The notes: generated from the letters alone by a model not told the origin. Shown: positions 31,581-41,403, counted from the first letter of the stretch. The stretch is 64,000 nucleotides of DNA from Gammaproteobacteria bacterium (GCA_016193395.1 JACPSH010000001.1:15895-79894); one strand, 5' to 3'. Made by a program: numbers and translations.

Positions 31581-32123
31581 GTGTTGAAGCTGCTCGGCAA
31601 AATCATCCGCATCGGGGTCGTCACCGAGCCGCCGCCGGTCGCTGACGCGGAAGCGATGGAGCGCCTGGGCATCGAGGTACAGCGCGTGCTCGATCGGCGT
31701 TTTTCCGGAAGCCTCGCGATCCGCCACGTCGATGCCGGCTCATGCAACGGCTGCGAGCTCGAGATCCACGCCCTCAACAATCCCTATTACGACGTGGAGC
31801 GTTTCGGCGTCCACTTCGTCGCCTCGCCGCGCCACGCCGACTGCCTGCTGGTCACGGGGCCGGTGTCCAGGAACATGGAGGCCGCCCTGCGCCGCACCTG
31901 GGAGGCCTGCCCGGACCCGAAGCTCGTGATTGCCTCCGGAGATTGCGCCTGCAACGGCGGCGAGTTCGGCGTCTCCTACGCGAGTTGCGGCGCAGTGGAG
32001 AACGTCATTCCCGTGGATGTGCGCATTCCCGGCTGTCCGCCGACGCCGGGGCAGTTGCTCACGGGATTGCTGGCACTGTTCGGAAAGATGGAAGAGGAAA
32101 GGATCGTGGCTCGGGATTCGTAG
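31581..32123 (+). CDS. hydrogenase small-subunit/NuoB-like Fe-S subunit (HycG/HyfI-like)
   Basis: The protein has GSCNGCELEI, SPRHADCLLVTG, DCACNGG and IPGCPP, which are the NuoB/HycG 4Fe-4S ligands. It has a GTG start. Confidence 0.8.
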   Translation: MLKLLGKIIRIGVVTEPPPVADAEAMERLGIEVQRVLDRRFSGSLAIRHVDAGSCNGCELEIHALNNPYYDVERFGVHFVASPRHADCLLVTGPVSRNMEAALRRTWEACPDPKLVIASGDCACNGGEFGVSYASCGAVENVIPVDVRIPGCPPTPGQLLTGLLALFGKMEEERIVARDS

Positions 32124-32205
32124 CTTGGGGCTCGTGTCCCGAGTCCCGAGTCCCGTTTCTCCATATAATTACCTGCCGTCCCCGCGGCCATATCGCGTTT
32201 AAGCA

Positions 32206-33609
32206 ATGAATTCACTACCCGTCTTTCTCCGCCTGCAAGGCCGCACGTGCCTGGTCGTCGGCGGCGGCGAGGTCGCCGCGCGCAAAGTCGCCCAGCTTCT
32301 TAAAGCCGGCGGCGAGGTGCGCGTGGTGGCGCCGGAGCTTTGCCCCGCGTTGCAAGAGAGGGCGAGCCGTCGGGACATCCAGCACCGGGCAGAGGAATTC
32401 AGCGCGGAGTTCCTGGAAGGGTGTGTACTGGCGATCGCAGCGACGGACGATCGTGGGATCAACCGCCGGGTTTCGGATCTCGCTCAAGAGCATGGGATCC
32501 CGGTGAACGTGGTGGATGACCCCGAGCTGTGCACCTTCATCATGCCCTCCATCGTCGATCGAAGCCCGGTCGTGATCGCGATTGCAAGCGGCGGCGCCTC
32601 GCCGGTGTTGTCGCGGTTGTTGCGCGCCCGGCTCGAGACGCTGATCCCGTCAGGATTTGGACGCCTGGCCGAGTTGATGCGGGAATTCCGTGCCCGTGTG
32701 CGCGAGAAATTTCCCGTGATGAAGGATCGACGCCGGTTCTGGGAACAGATTCTGGAAGGGCCCGTCGCGGAAATGCTCTACGCCGGCCAGGACAAGGTGG
32801 CGCTGGCCGAGCTGGAGGAACGACTGCGCGAGGAGAAGCCGACCGTCGAACGGCATGGCGAGGTGTATCTCGTCGGGGGAGGGCCCGGCGATCCCGACCT
32901 GCTCACCTTCCGTGCGCTGCGGCTGATGCAGCGGGCGGAAGTCGTCCTCTACGATCGGCTGGTGGCGCCGGCGATCGTCGATTTGTGCCGCAAGGACGCC
33001 GAACGGATCTACGTGGGCAAGGAGCGCGATCGGCATGCAATTCCACAGGAGGAGGTGAATGAAATGTTGATCAAGCTCGCCGGCGAGGGAAAGCGCGTGC
33101 TCAGGCTCAAGGGCGGCGATCCCTTCATCTTCGGGCGCGGCGGCGAGGAAATTGACCGGCTGTCGGAGGCCGGTATCCCATTCCAGGTCGTGCCGGGCAT
33201 CACGGCGGCCGCGGGTTGCGCGGCTTACGCCGGCATTCCGCTCACGCACCGGGACTACGCTCATTCGTGCATCTTCGTGACCGGCCACATGAAGGACGGA
33301 AAACTGGAGCTCAATTGGGACGCACTGGTGCAGCCAAAGCAGACCATCGCGGTGTACATGGGCGTGAAGGGTCTCGATACGCTGTGCGAGGAACTGATCC
33401 GGCATGGTATGAAAAAGGAAATGCCGGCCGCACTGGTTGAGCGCGGCACCACGGCCAGACAGCGGGTGTATGTGGGCACGCTGGCGACACTGCCAAAACT
33501 CGCCGGGGATCACGAGATCGCGGCGCCTTCGATGGCCATCATCGGCGAGGTCGTCAAGCTGCACGAGAAACTGGCCTGGTACGACCCTGCCGGAGGTCCT
33601 CGCGGCTGA
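32206..33609 (+). CDS. cysG: siroheme synthase (multifunctional CysG)
   Basis: The N-terminal Rossmann domain (LVVGGGEVAARK) acts as a dehydrogenase/ferrochelatase. The C-terminal uroporphyrinogen-III methyltransferase domain has VYLVGGGPGDPDLLT and GGDPFIFGRGGEE. Confidence 0.9.
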   Translation: MNSLPVFLRLQGRTCLVVGGGEVAARKVAQLLKAGGEVRVVAPELCPALQERASRRDIQHRAEEFSAEFLEGCVLAIAATDDRGINRRVSDLAQEHGIPVNVVDDPELCTFIMPSIVDRSPVVIAIASGGASPVLSRLLRARLETLIPSGFGRLAELMREFRARVREKFPVMKDRRRFWEQILEGPVAEMLYAGQDKVALAELEERLREEKPTVERHGEVYLVGGGPGDPDLLTFRALRLMQRAEVVLYDRLVAPAIVDLCRKDAERIYVGKERDRHAIPQEEVNEMLIKLAGEGKRVLRLKGGDPFIFGRGGEEIDRLSEAGIPFQVVPGITAAAGCAAYAGIPLTHRDYAHSCIFVTGHMKDGKLELNWDALVQPKQTIAVYMGVKGLDTLCEELIRHGMKKEMPAALVERGTTARQRVYVGTLATLPKLAGDHEIAAPSMAIIGEVVKLHEKLAWYDPAGGPRG

Positions 33610-33627
33610 GCCGGCGGGCAAACCGGA

Positions 33628-35064
33628 TCAGCCGGTCTTGCCCGGGTCCGCGAGCCGCGAAATGCTCTCGGAGGACAGGAGTTTTTCGATCGCCGCCTCG
33701 TCCATCAGCTTTTCGGCGCGCACGATGTCGATGATGGTCCGGTTCGATTCGATCGCGAGCGCCGCGATCCTTGCCGCGGTTTCGTAGCCGAGGTAGGGAG
33801 ACAGCACCGTGGCGACGGCCGCGCTCTTCTCGACGTAGTCCCGGCAACGGTCCCGGTTCGCGGTGATCCCCTCGACGCAGCGTACCGCGAGGACGTTCAC
33901 GGCGTTGCGCAGCAGGGACGCCGACTCCAGCAGATTGAAGACCATCAACGGCTGCATGGCGTTCAACTGCAACTGTCCCGCCTGCGCCGCGAGCGTGACG
34001 GCCACGTCATTGCCCATTACCTGGAAGCAGGCCTGGTTGACGGCCTCCGGTATGACCGGATTCACCTTGCCGGGCATGATCGTCGAACCCGGCTGCATCT
34101 TGGGCAGGTTGATTTCGTTCAGGCCCGCCGCCGGGCCGCTGTTCAGCAGCCGCAGATCGTTGGCGACTTTCGATAGTTTCACCGCGACGCGCTTCAGCAT
34201 CGCGGACACCAGCACGAAGGCGCCCGGGTCCGATGTGGCTTCGACCAGGTGCGAGGCCGGCGTGACCGCGATGCCGGACAGTCGCGCAAGCTGGGACAGG
34301 GCGATCCACTGGTAGCCGCGGGGAGCGTTGATACCGGTGCCGATGGCGGTGCCGCCGAGGTTGACTTCCGCCAGCAGTTTCTCGAACTCGCGCAGCCGGT
34401 CGATGTCCTCCGACAGCATCACGGCGAAGGCCTGGAACTCGAGTTCCAGCGTCATCGGCACCGCATCCTGGAGCTGTGTGCGCGCCAGCTTGACGACGTC
34501 GCGGAATTCGCGCGATTTGCGCTCTAGGGCGGCGACCAAGTTGCCGAGTGCGTTGCGCAGCGCCCGCGAGGCGCGGATCACGGCCACGCGGGCGGCGGTC
34601 GGGTAGACGTCGTTCGTCGACTGGGACATGTTCACGTCGTTGAGCGGATGCACGACGTCGTAGCTCGCCCGCGGCACGCCCAGGATGTCGAGCGCGAGGT
34701 TGGCGATCACTTCGTTGGCGTTCATGTTGGTGGAGGTGCCCGCGCCGCCCTGAACCAGGTCGACGACGAAGTGTTCGTGGAATTCGCCGGCGGCGATCCG
34801 TTGGCAGGCACGGATGATCGCCTCGGCCTTGCGCGGGTCCAGCAGGCCCAGCCCCTGGTTCGCCAGCGCGGCCGCCTGTTTCACGATGGCCAGCGATTCC
34901 ACCAGTTCGGGGTAGCGGCGGATGGGAATGCCGGTGATCGGAAAATTGTCCACGGCGCGCTGCGTCTGGACGCCGTAGAGCGCGTCCCGGGGAACGCGTA
35001 AGGTTCCCAGGCTGTCGGTTTCCTCGCGGAACGCGTCGCCAGGTGAGTGTTGTTGCGATTTCAT
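33628..35064 (-). CDS. aspA: aspartate ammonia-lyase (fumarase/aspartase family)
   Basis: The protein has the GSTIMPGKVNPVIPE signature and a tetrameric lyase fold. I set the start at MKSQQHS. Confidence 0.8.
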   Translation of the reverse strand: MKSQQHSPGDAFREETDSLGTLRVPRDALYGVQTQRAVDNFPITGIPIRRYPELVESLAIVKQAAALANQGLGLLDPRKAEAIIRACQRIAAGEFHEHFVVDLVQGGAGTSTNMNANEVIANLALDILGVPRASYDVVHPLNDVNMSQSTNDVYPTAARVAVIRASRALRNALGNLVAALERKSREFRDVVKLARTQLQDAVPMTLELEFQAFAVMLSEDIDRLREFEKLLAEVNLGGTAIGTGINAPRGYQWIALSQLARLSGIAVTPASHLVEATSDPGAFVLVSAMLKRVAVKLSKVANDLRLLNSGPAAGLNEINLPKMQPGSTIMPGKVNPVIPEAVNQACFQVMGNDVAVTLAAQAGQLQLNAMQPLMVFNLLESASLLRNAVNVLAVRCVEGITANRDRCRDYVEKSAAVATVLSPYLGYETAARIAALAIESNRTIIDIVRAEKLMDEAAIEKLLSSESISRLADPGKTG

Positions 35065-35161
35065 CTCTGCCGCCACATTCTCGACGGCGCGTCTGGTGCT
35101 GTCCAGATGGTCGATACCAGCCAGGAAGCGCGCCTTGGGAGCTCGTTGCACCGCCACGGAA

Positions 35162-35665
35162 TCACAGGACGAGTTCCATGATGGCCACATCCAGCCAGCG
35201 TCCGAACTTGAATCCTGCCTCGCGCAGGTAACCCGCCTGTCGGAAGCCGAAGCGCTCCTGGAGCGCGATGCTTGCCGTCTGCGTCGTGCAGACGCCGCCC
35301 AGGATCGCGTGGTGCCCGAGCGCCTGCGCCCGTTCGATCAGATCGGAGAGCAGCGCGCTGCCGATGCCGCGGCGCAGCAGATCGTGCCGCACATAGATCG
35401 ATGCCTCGACCGTTCGCGCGTAACCCTCACGCGGGTTCCAGGGCGAGAGCGACGCCCAGGCGACTATTGTCCCGTCCGCCTCGGCCACGGTGACTGGATG
35501 AGCAGAGCCGCGCTTCGCAAACCAGCGGGCTCGCTTTTCCTCAGTGTCCGGCTCGATTTGGTAGGTACACGTCGAATGGACGACGTAGTAATTGTAGATT
35601 TCGAGGATCGCCGGCAGATCGGCGGCGTTCGCCGCGCGGATGGCGACTTGAAGCGATCCGCTCAT
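35162..35665 (-). CDS. GNAT family N-acetyltransferase (phosphinothricin-acetyltransferase-like)
   Basis: The 167-aa protein has a GNAT motif A (RRGIGSALLSDLIERAQALG). Confidence 0.75.
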   Translation of the reverse strand: MSGSLQVAIRAANAADLPAILEIYNYYVVHSTCTYQIEPDTEEKRARWFAKRGSAHPVTVAEADGTIVAWASLSPWNPREGYARTVEASIYVRHDLLRRGIGSALLSDLIERAQALGHHAILGGVCTTQTASIALQERFGFRQAGYLREAGFKFGRWLDVAIMELVL

Positions 35666-35686
35666 CGAGCGAACGGAGGACGTTAA

Positions 35687-36091
35687 TTACTTCTCTTCGC
35701 GGTCGAGCTTGAGCGAAACGGAATTGATGCAGTAGCGCAGGCCCGTGGGATCCGGGCCGTCGGGGAACACGTGGCCGAGATGCGCGCCGCACTGGCTGCA
35801 CGTGACTTCCGTGCGGGCCATCCCATGGCTCTGATCCTCTTCGGCGGCCACTGCGTCTGCCTTTGCCGGCTGGTAGAAACTCGGCCAGCCGGTGCCCGAA
35901 TCGAATTTCGTTTCCGAGCTGAACAGTTCCGCCCCGCAACACGCGCAGCGGTACACGCCTTTGTCGTGACAGTCGTAATACTCGCCGGTGAAGGCTCGTT
36001 CCGTGCCCTTCTGGCGGCACACGGTATACTGCTGTGGCGTCAATTCTTCACGCCACTCCGCGTCATCTTTCTGTACGGCTTTCTTAGTCAC
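35687..36091 (-). CDS. msrB: peptide-methionine (R)-S-oxide reductase
   Basis: The protein has two CxxC pairs ([21 protein letters not shown]) and an RYCINS active site. A GTG start at VTKKAVQK is the likely true start. Confidence 0.85.
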   Translation of the reverse strand: MTKKAVQKDDAEWREELTPQQYTVCRQKGTERAFTGEYYDCHDKGVYRCACCGAELFSSETKFDSGTGWPSFYQPAKADAVAAEEDQSHGMARTEVTCSQCGAHLGHVFPDGPDPTGLRYCINSVSLKLDREEK

Positions 36092-36581
36092 GGCCCTTGG
36101 GGATGATAATGTCCTTGACGATATCCGCGACCTGGCCGGTGGCCTCATCGATCAACACAACCACGGCCTGATCCACGTCGTCGACGACGCGCCGGGTGTA
36201 ACCCTTGGGCGGCGGAGGCAACTGCTTCTCCAGATCATCCGGCAGGTTGCGCTTCGCCAGACCCGGGGGGAGCGTATCGCGCTTGGCCAGCCCGGGCGGA
36301 AGTTGATCTCGTTTCGCCAGTCCCGGGGGCATGTCCTTATTGCTGCCCTTGTCCTTTCCCTTTTTGCCGGACTTGTCCTTGCCGGAATCTGTTTCCCTTT
36401 CCCGTGTCTCTTCCACCGGCTGCGGCCGCTTGCCGTAATACTTCTCGATCAGTTGCCGCTCGAATTCCGTGAATCCCGCGTCCACCGCGGCCTCGATGGA
36501 TTTCTCCGCCATCTCCCCCGCGATGGCCGCGACGGGCAGGACAAACAGGCTGAGCATGCAGGCATGGATGAATCTGTTCAT
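36084..36581 (-). CDS. secreted hypothetical protein with triple LPPGLAKR repeats
   Basis: The protein has a signal peptide ([23 protein letters not shown]), a Lys/Gly-rich linker and the repeats [30 protein letters not shown]. Confidence 0.55.
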   Translation of the reverse strand: MNRFIHACMLSLFVLPVAAIAGEMAEKSIEAAVDAGFTEFERQLIEKYYGKRPQPVEETRERETDSGKDKSGKKGKDKGSNKDMPPGLAKRDQLPPGLAKRDTLPPGLAKRNLPDDLEKQLPPPPKGYTRRVVDDVDQAVVVLIDEATGQVADIVKDIIIPKGRD

Positions 36582-36754
36582 GGTTATTTCTCCCGGCATC
36601 GAAAATCCGATTTCGCGACTTTGATACCCGGATTGGATTGGGAATTCACCGCGATCTGCCCGTATTGTGAGGCAGGCCCGGAAATCGTACCAGCCAGGGC
36701 GCAAACCGGGTTGTGGCCGGTTTTCTCTCCGCTCTGCCACATCCCCAGTTGAAA

Positions 36755-36800
36755 GTTCTCTTTAAGTTCTCTATTCTTTGTCCGAGAACTTGTGGAGAAC
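36755..36800. promoter_or_regulatory. two GTTCTC-N5-GTTCTC direct-repeat motifs immediately upstream of lexA (candidate SOS operator)
   Basis: GTTCTCTTTAAGTTCTC lies at 36755-36771. The reverse complement of GAGAACTTGTGGAGAAC at 36784-36800 is GTTCTCCACAAGTTCTC. The GTTC-N7-GTTC form is the known LexA-box type of some proteobacteria. I saw no CTGT-N8-ACAG box. Confidence 0.4.
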
Positions 36801-36804
36801 TTTC

Positions 36805-37398
36805 ATGCTGACGAAGCTAGAGGAAAAGGTACTTCAGCACATTACCCATTACATCGCCCAGACGGGCCATGGGCCGACTCTCATGGAAATCGGCAACGCG
36901 CTCGGGATCCGTTCCAAAGGCACGGTACATCGGTATGTTGAGGGGCTGGTGGCCAAGGGCCATTTGCGCAAAACCGGCCGTGGCTGGCGCGGCATCCGCC
37001 TGGCCGGGGAATATGACCGGCGACTGACCATCCTGCCGCTCGCGGGGCGCATCGCCGCCGGTCGGCCTATCGAGGCCATTCCGGATCAGCAGGAAGTGAA
37101 TTTTTCGGAATTGCTGCTCGGTCCGGACCGCTACGCGCTCAAGGTCGCAGGCGATTCCATGAGGGACGCGGGCATTCTGGACGGGGATCTGGTCATCGTT
37201 CGCCGCTCGGACAGCGCCGAAACCGGCGCAATCGTCGTCGCGCTTATCGACAACGACGAAGTCACGCTGAAACGCCTGCGAAAGCACGGCGATCGCATCG
37301 AGCTGCTGGCGGCGAACCCGGCCTTCACCGCCCTGATCTATCCGGCCAAGCGGGTCATGATCCAGGGAGTGGTCATCGGCCAGGTACGTATGTACTAG
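36805..37398 (+). CDS. lexA: LexA repressor
   Basis: The protein has an N-terminal winged HTH. It has the Ala-Gly cleavage site (RIAAGRPIEA) and the S24 peptidase Ser/Lys dyad (GDSM…KRL). Confidence 0.85.
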   Translation: MLTKLEEKVLQHITHYIAQTGHGPTLMEIGNALGIRSKGTVHRYVEGLVAKGHLRKTGRGWRGIRLAGEYDRRLTILPLAGRIAAGRPIEAIPDQQEVNFSELLLGPDRYALKVAGDSMRDAGILDGDLVIVRRSDSAETGAIVVALIDNDEVTLKRLRKHGDRIELLAANPAFTALIYPAKRVMIQGVVIGQVRMY

Positions 37399-37501
37399 GA
37401 AGGCGATTTGTCAAGTTGAAGGTGCGCAAAACCGACGTCTATACTCCTATCAGGCTGTTGAAAAAGCCTTTTCAACAAGCGGTTAGACAGAGGCGTCGCT
37501 C

Positions 37502-38203
37502 ATGGATTCACCCAAGCGCATAGAGAATTCCACGGGTCAGGTGGTGGAGTACCTGAAGTCCCATCCGGATTTTTTCCGCGAATATCCCTCCCTTCTGCGC
37601 GAACTCTCCATTCCTCACGAGGTCGGCGCGGGCGTCGCCAGCCTGATCGAGCGCCAGGTGACCATGCTCCGGAGCCATTGCACGCAGCTCCAGCAGGAGC
37701 TGGATCTGCGCAAGACGCGCGCCGGCCTTCAGCGCACCATGCTGCAGAACCTGCAGAATGCCATGCTGCGGTTGCTGCGCTGTAATACGGCCGGCGAGAT
37801 TTACGCCAGCGCGCTCAAATCCATCAAGCGCGACTATGACGTCGATGAGTTCCGCATTTTCATCTTTTCAGATGAGGTCGCCTCCCAGGTCGTGGACGGC
37901 GTGAAGTTCCTCGCGCGCACGGCCAAGCTCAAGTACCTGTTCATCGAGCTCCTGAGCCGGAGCAAGCCGCTGTGCGGCAGCCTTCAGGATGAACACATCC
38001 GCATGCTGTTCCAGGCGGCGGGCGGGCACGTGAATTCCACCCTGATCATCCCGCTGCGCCACGCGCGGTGGGAAGGGCTGGTCGCGCTCGGCAGCCATGA
38101 GCGCGGCCGCTACAGCCGCGGGCTGGAAATGGAGATGCTGCAGCACCTGTTCGTGGTGCTGGGAATACGGCTGGATCAGATCATCACCCAGCCGACTGCC
38201 TGA
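37502..38203 (+). CDS. DUF484/GAF-like protein (YigA family)
   Basis: The 233-aa protein has an N-terminal coiled-coil and a GAF-like C-terminus, a pattern typical of YigA-like proteins. Confidence 0.55.
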   Translation: MDSPKRIENSTGQVVEYLKSHPDFFREYPSLLRELSIPHEVGAGVASLIERQVTMLRSHCTQLQQELDLRKTRAGLQRTMLQNLQNAMLRLLRCNTAGEIYASALKSIKRDYDVDEFRIFIFSDEVASQVVDGVKFLARTAKLKYLFIELLSRSKPLCGSLQDEHIRMLFQAAGGHVNSTLIIPLRHARWEGLVALGSHERGRYSRGLEMEMLQHLFVVLGIRLDQIITQPTA

Positions 38204-40043
38204 CGCCGTACAGTTTCGCGAACAGGCCGTTCTGCGCCAGCAGTTGGTGGTGGCTTCCTTCCTCGCTGATCGTCCCTGATTCGAATACATAGACGTGATC
38301 CGCCTGCTTGATGGCGCTCAGGCGGTGCGCAACGATCAGCGTCGTGCGGCCCTCGAGGAATTCCGCCAAAGCGATGTGCAGTCGGTACTCCGTCTCCGCG
38401 TCCAGGGCAGAGGTCGCCTCATCGAGGATCACGACGCTCGGGTTGGTGAGCGCCATGCGCGCGATGGCAAGGCGCTGGCGCTGTCCGCCGGAGAACCGCA
38501 CGCCGTCGCGGCCGACGATGGTATCGAGACCGGCGTGCAGGGCGCGCACGGTGGGGCCGAGTTGCGCTACTTCGAGGGCCTCCCAAAGATGCGCGTCCGG
38601 CAGCTCGCGGCCGAGCGTGAGATTGTTGCGGATCGTGTCGTTGAACAGCGCCGGGTGCTGGAGCACGGTCGCGACATGTTCGCGCACGACGTCGAGCCCG
38701 ACACGGTTCACCGGCACGCCGTCGTAATACACCATCCCGCTCTTCGCCGGGTACAGGCCAATCAGTACCGAGACCAGCGTCGACTTGCCGCCGCCGCTGG
38801 CACCGACGAGCGCCACGCGCTTGCCGGCGGGGATGTCTAGGTTTACGCCGCGCAATATGTCCGGCCCGTCGCCGTAGGCGAAGTGCAGGTCCTCTACACG
38901 CACGCCCACTGTCACCTTGCCGGCGAACGGGTTGACCTCGTGCACGTAGACGGGTTCCCGCGGCAGGCTGCACAGCTCATCGAGCCGCTGCAGCGCGGAG
39001 CTCGCGGCGAAGTAGCCGTATTGGATATTCAACACCTCCTGCACCGGGCCCATCATGAACCAGAGATAACCGAACACGGCGAACATCTTGCCGATGGTGA
39101 GCGTGGAGAACAGGACGAGCAGCAGGGCGACGCCGCGGAACAGGTCGATGCCGATCACGAAAACGAGGAAGCTCAGGCGGCTGGCCGCATCCGAGCGCCA
39201 GGCGTAGTTGACGCCGTGATCGCGCACGTCGCGCGCTTCGTCGATCATGCGCAGGACATAATGCCGCTCGCGGTTGCTGGCGCGGAGCTGGTGCACCGAC
39301 TCCAGCGTTTCGGTCAGCGACTGCTGGAAGATCTCGAACGCCGCGTTCTCCTTCTGCTTCATCTCTTTCACGCGCTTGCCGAGCACTACGGTGAAGTAGA
39401 TGACGATAGGATTGGCGAACAGGATGAAGAGCGCCAGTTCCCAGTGGATCCAGAGCAGGACGACCGCCATGCCCGCGATGCTGAGCAGCGCCACGAGCAG
39501 CCGGCTCATGGTCGTGCCGACGAAGTGATCCACGGTCTGCATGTCCACCACCAGGCGCGAGGCGACCGTGCCGGTGCCCAACGTCTCGAACTCCGCCATG
39601 GAGACCTTTTCCAGCCGCCGCAGGAGCGCAGCGCGCATGCGGTAGATCACGTCTTTGGAAATGCGCGTGAACTGGCGCGAGGTCCAGACGTTGAACCCGA
39701 GCGTGAGAATGCGCAGCAGCATGGTGGCCGCGAGGACGAGCGCGATATACCACACCGGTCCGTGCCAGGATTCCGGCGCCAGGGCATCGATGAAAGCGAC
39801 GACCGGACCCGGTTGGTGCAGCAGCACCTCGTCCACGAGCAGCGGGAGCAGCAGGGGGACCGGCACCGCCGCGGCGGTGGCCAGGAGGGCGGTCAGGTTC
39901 GCGAACGTCAGGTCACGGCGGTGCTCGCGCGCGATCTCCAGCACGTAGCGCCAGTTCAACGCGCCGATACCGGCGCCGGATACCCGGTCCCGGCCGCTCT
40001 CACGGGCGGCGACATTGAGCGTGGATGCAATCGGACTGGTCAT
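38184..40043 (-). CDS. ABC transporter, fused permease/ATP-binding exporter (MsbA-like)
   Basis: The protein has six N-terminal TM segments. It has a Walker A motif (GASGGGKST), the signature LSGGQRQRLAIAR and a Walker B motif (ILDEATSALD). Confidence 0.85.
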   Translation of the reverse strand: MTSPIASTLNVAARESGRDRVSGAGIGALNWRYVLEIAREHRRDLTFANLTALLATAAAVPVPLLLPLLVDEVLLHQPGPVVAFIDALAPESWHGPVWYIALVLAATMLLRILTLGFNVWTSRQFTRISKDVIYRMRAALLRRLEKVSMAEFETLGTGTVASRLVVDMQTVDHFVGTTMSRLLVALLSIAGMAVVLLWIHWELALFILFANPIVIYFTVVLGKRVKEMKQKENAAFEIFQQSLTETLESVHQLRASNRERHYVLRMIDEARDVRDHGVNYAWRSDAASRLSFLVFVIGIDLFRGVALLLVLFSTLTIGKMFAVFGYLWFMMGPVQEVLNIQYGYFAASSALQRLDELCSLPREPVYVHEVNPFAGKVTVGVRVEDLHFAYGDGPDILRGVNLDIPAGKRVALVGASGGGKSTLVSVLIGLYPAKSGMVYYDGVPVNRVGLDVVREHVATVLQHPALFNDTIRNNLTLGRELPDAHLWEALEVAQLGPTVRALHAGLDTIVGRDGVRFSGGQRQRLAIARMALTNPSVVILDEATSALDAETEYRLHIALAEFLEGRTTLIVAHRLSAIKQADHVYVFESGTISEEGSHHQLLAQNGLFAKLYGVRQSAG

Positions 40044-40167
40044 GGATACGGCCTGCGCAGCCCCGGCGTATCACCCGGGACTGCAAAGGGTATATGCTTT
40101 GCGGGTCCAATCAAAGCGTCTAGCCCGAGCCTTTTTCTCGATCGACGTGGCTGCCGATCTCACCAGA

Positions 40168-41403
40168 ATGGCAATGGCCGCCCAGGCCGGGGACGCGTAC
40201 GCGCAACTCGAACTCGCCGAAATCTTTGCCGGGGGCGCCGGTGTCCCGGTCGACCATACCCAGGCGGCATTCTGGTACCGGAAGGCGGCCGAGCAGGGCA
40301 TCGCGAAGGCGGCGACGCGCATGGGACAATTGCATCTGCGCGGAGCCGGCGTGCCGCAGGATTACGCGGAGGCGATCCGCTGGCTGCGGGTCGCGGCGGA
40401 ACAGGCCGAACCCGGCGCGCAGGCGACCATCGGCTGGTGCTACCAGGAAGGCATGGGCGTCGCGCGCGACTATTCGCAGGCGCTGGTGTGGTACCAGCAA
40501 GCCGCGGATCTGGGCCATGCGGGGGCCCGTTACAACCTGGGCTACATGCACGCACAGGGGATCGGCACGGCGCGAAACGATGCCGAAGCGATGCGGTGGT
40601 ATGCGCGGGCGGCCGAGCAGGGCCACGTTCGCGCGCAACTGAACCTGGGCCTGATGCACGCGCAGGGCGTGGGGACGGAACGCGATCTCCAGTCCGCCAT
40701 TCGCTGGTACGCCGCGGCGGCTAAACAGGGGTACGCCAAGGCGCAGTACAACCTGGCGTTGCTGTACGCCGGCGGGCAGGGCGTGGAACCCGACGAGGAG
40801 CTGGCCTGCCTCTGGTACCGGAAGGCCGCCGAGCAGGGCTACCACAAGGCGCAGTACAGCCTCGGCCTGCACTATCTCTACGGCATCGGCGTCGAACGCG
40901 ATCTCGATCAGGCCCTGCGCTGCTTCACGCAATCCGCCGCGCAGGGATACGCCAAGGCCTGGTACCAACTCGGCAGAATGCATGCGCGGGGCACGGGGAC
41001 GCCGGCCGATCCCGCGGAGGCGCTGCACTGCCTGCGCAAGTCGGCGGACGGCGGATACGCGCGGGCGCAGTACCGCCTGGCATGCAAATATCAGCGCGGC
41101 GACGGCGTTCCGCACGACGAAATCGAGGCCGCGCGCTGGCTGGAGATGGCAGCCATGCAGGGTTATCCCGCGGCGCAATACACACTCGGCACGGCCTACG
41201 CCCACGGCCGGGGCGTGAACGTCGACCGGGTTTGCGCGTACGCGTGGCTCGTGCTTGCCGCGGAATCGGCCGATCCACGCACGCTCGAGGCCGCCGATCG
41301 CCTGCGCGAATCGTTGACACGGGAGGAGAGGCGGGAGGCCGAGCGGCTGTCGCGCGAATGGCGCGCGGTATACGGGGAGCGAACTACAGCAACGACTGCG
41401 TAG
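40168..41403 (+). CDS. Sel1-repeat (TPR-like) protein
   Basis: The protein has at least nine tandem Sel1 repeats of about 36 aa (A.WYRKAAEQG.A.AQ..LG..Y..G.GV..D). Confidence 0.75.
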   Translation: MAMAAQAGDAYAQLELAEIFAGGAGVPVDHTQAAFWYRKAAEQGIAKAATRMGQLHLRGAGVPQDYAEAIRWLRVAAEQAEPGAQATIGWCYQEGMGVARDYSQALVWYQQAADLGHAGARYNLGYMHAQGIGTARNDAEAMRWYARAAEQGHVRAQLNLGLMHAQGVGTERDLQSAIRWYAAAAKQGYAKAQYNLALLYAGGQGVEPDEELACLWYRKAAEQGYHKAQYSLGLHYLYGIGVERDLDQALRCFTQSAAQGYAKAWYQLGRMHARGTGTPADPAEALHCLRKSADGGYARAQYRLACKYQRGDGVPHDEIEAARWLEMAAMQGYPAAQYTLGTAYAHGRGVNVDRVCAYAWLVLAAESADPRTLEAADRLRESLTREERREAERLSREWRAVYGERTTATTA

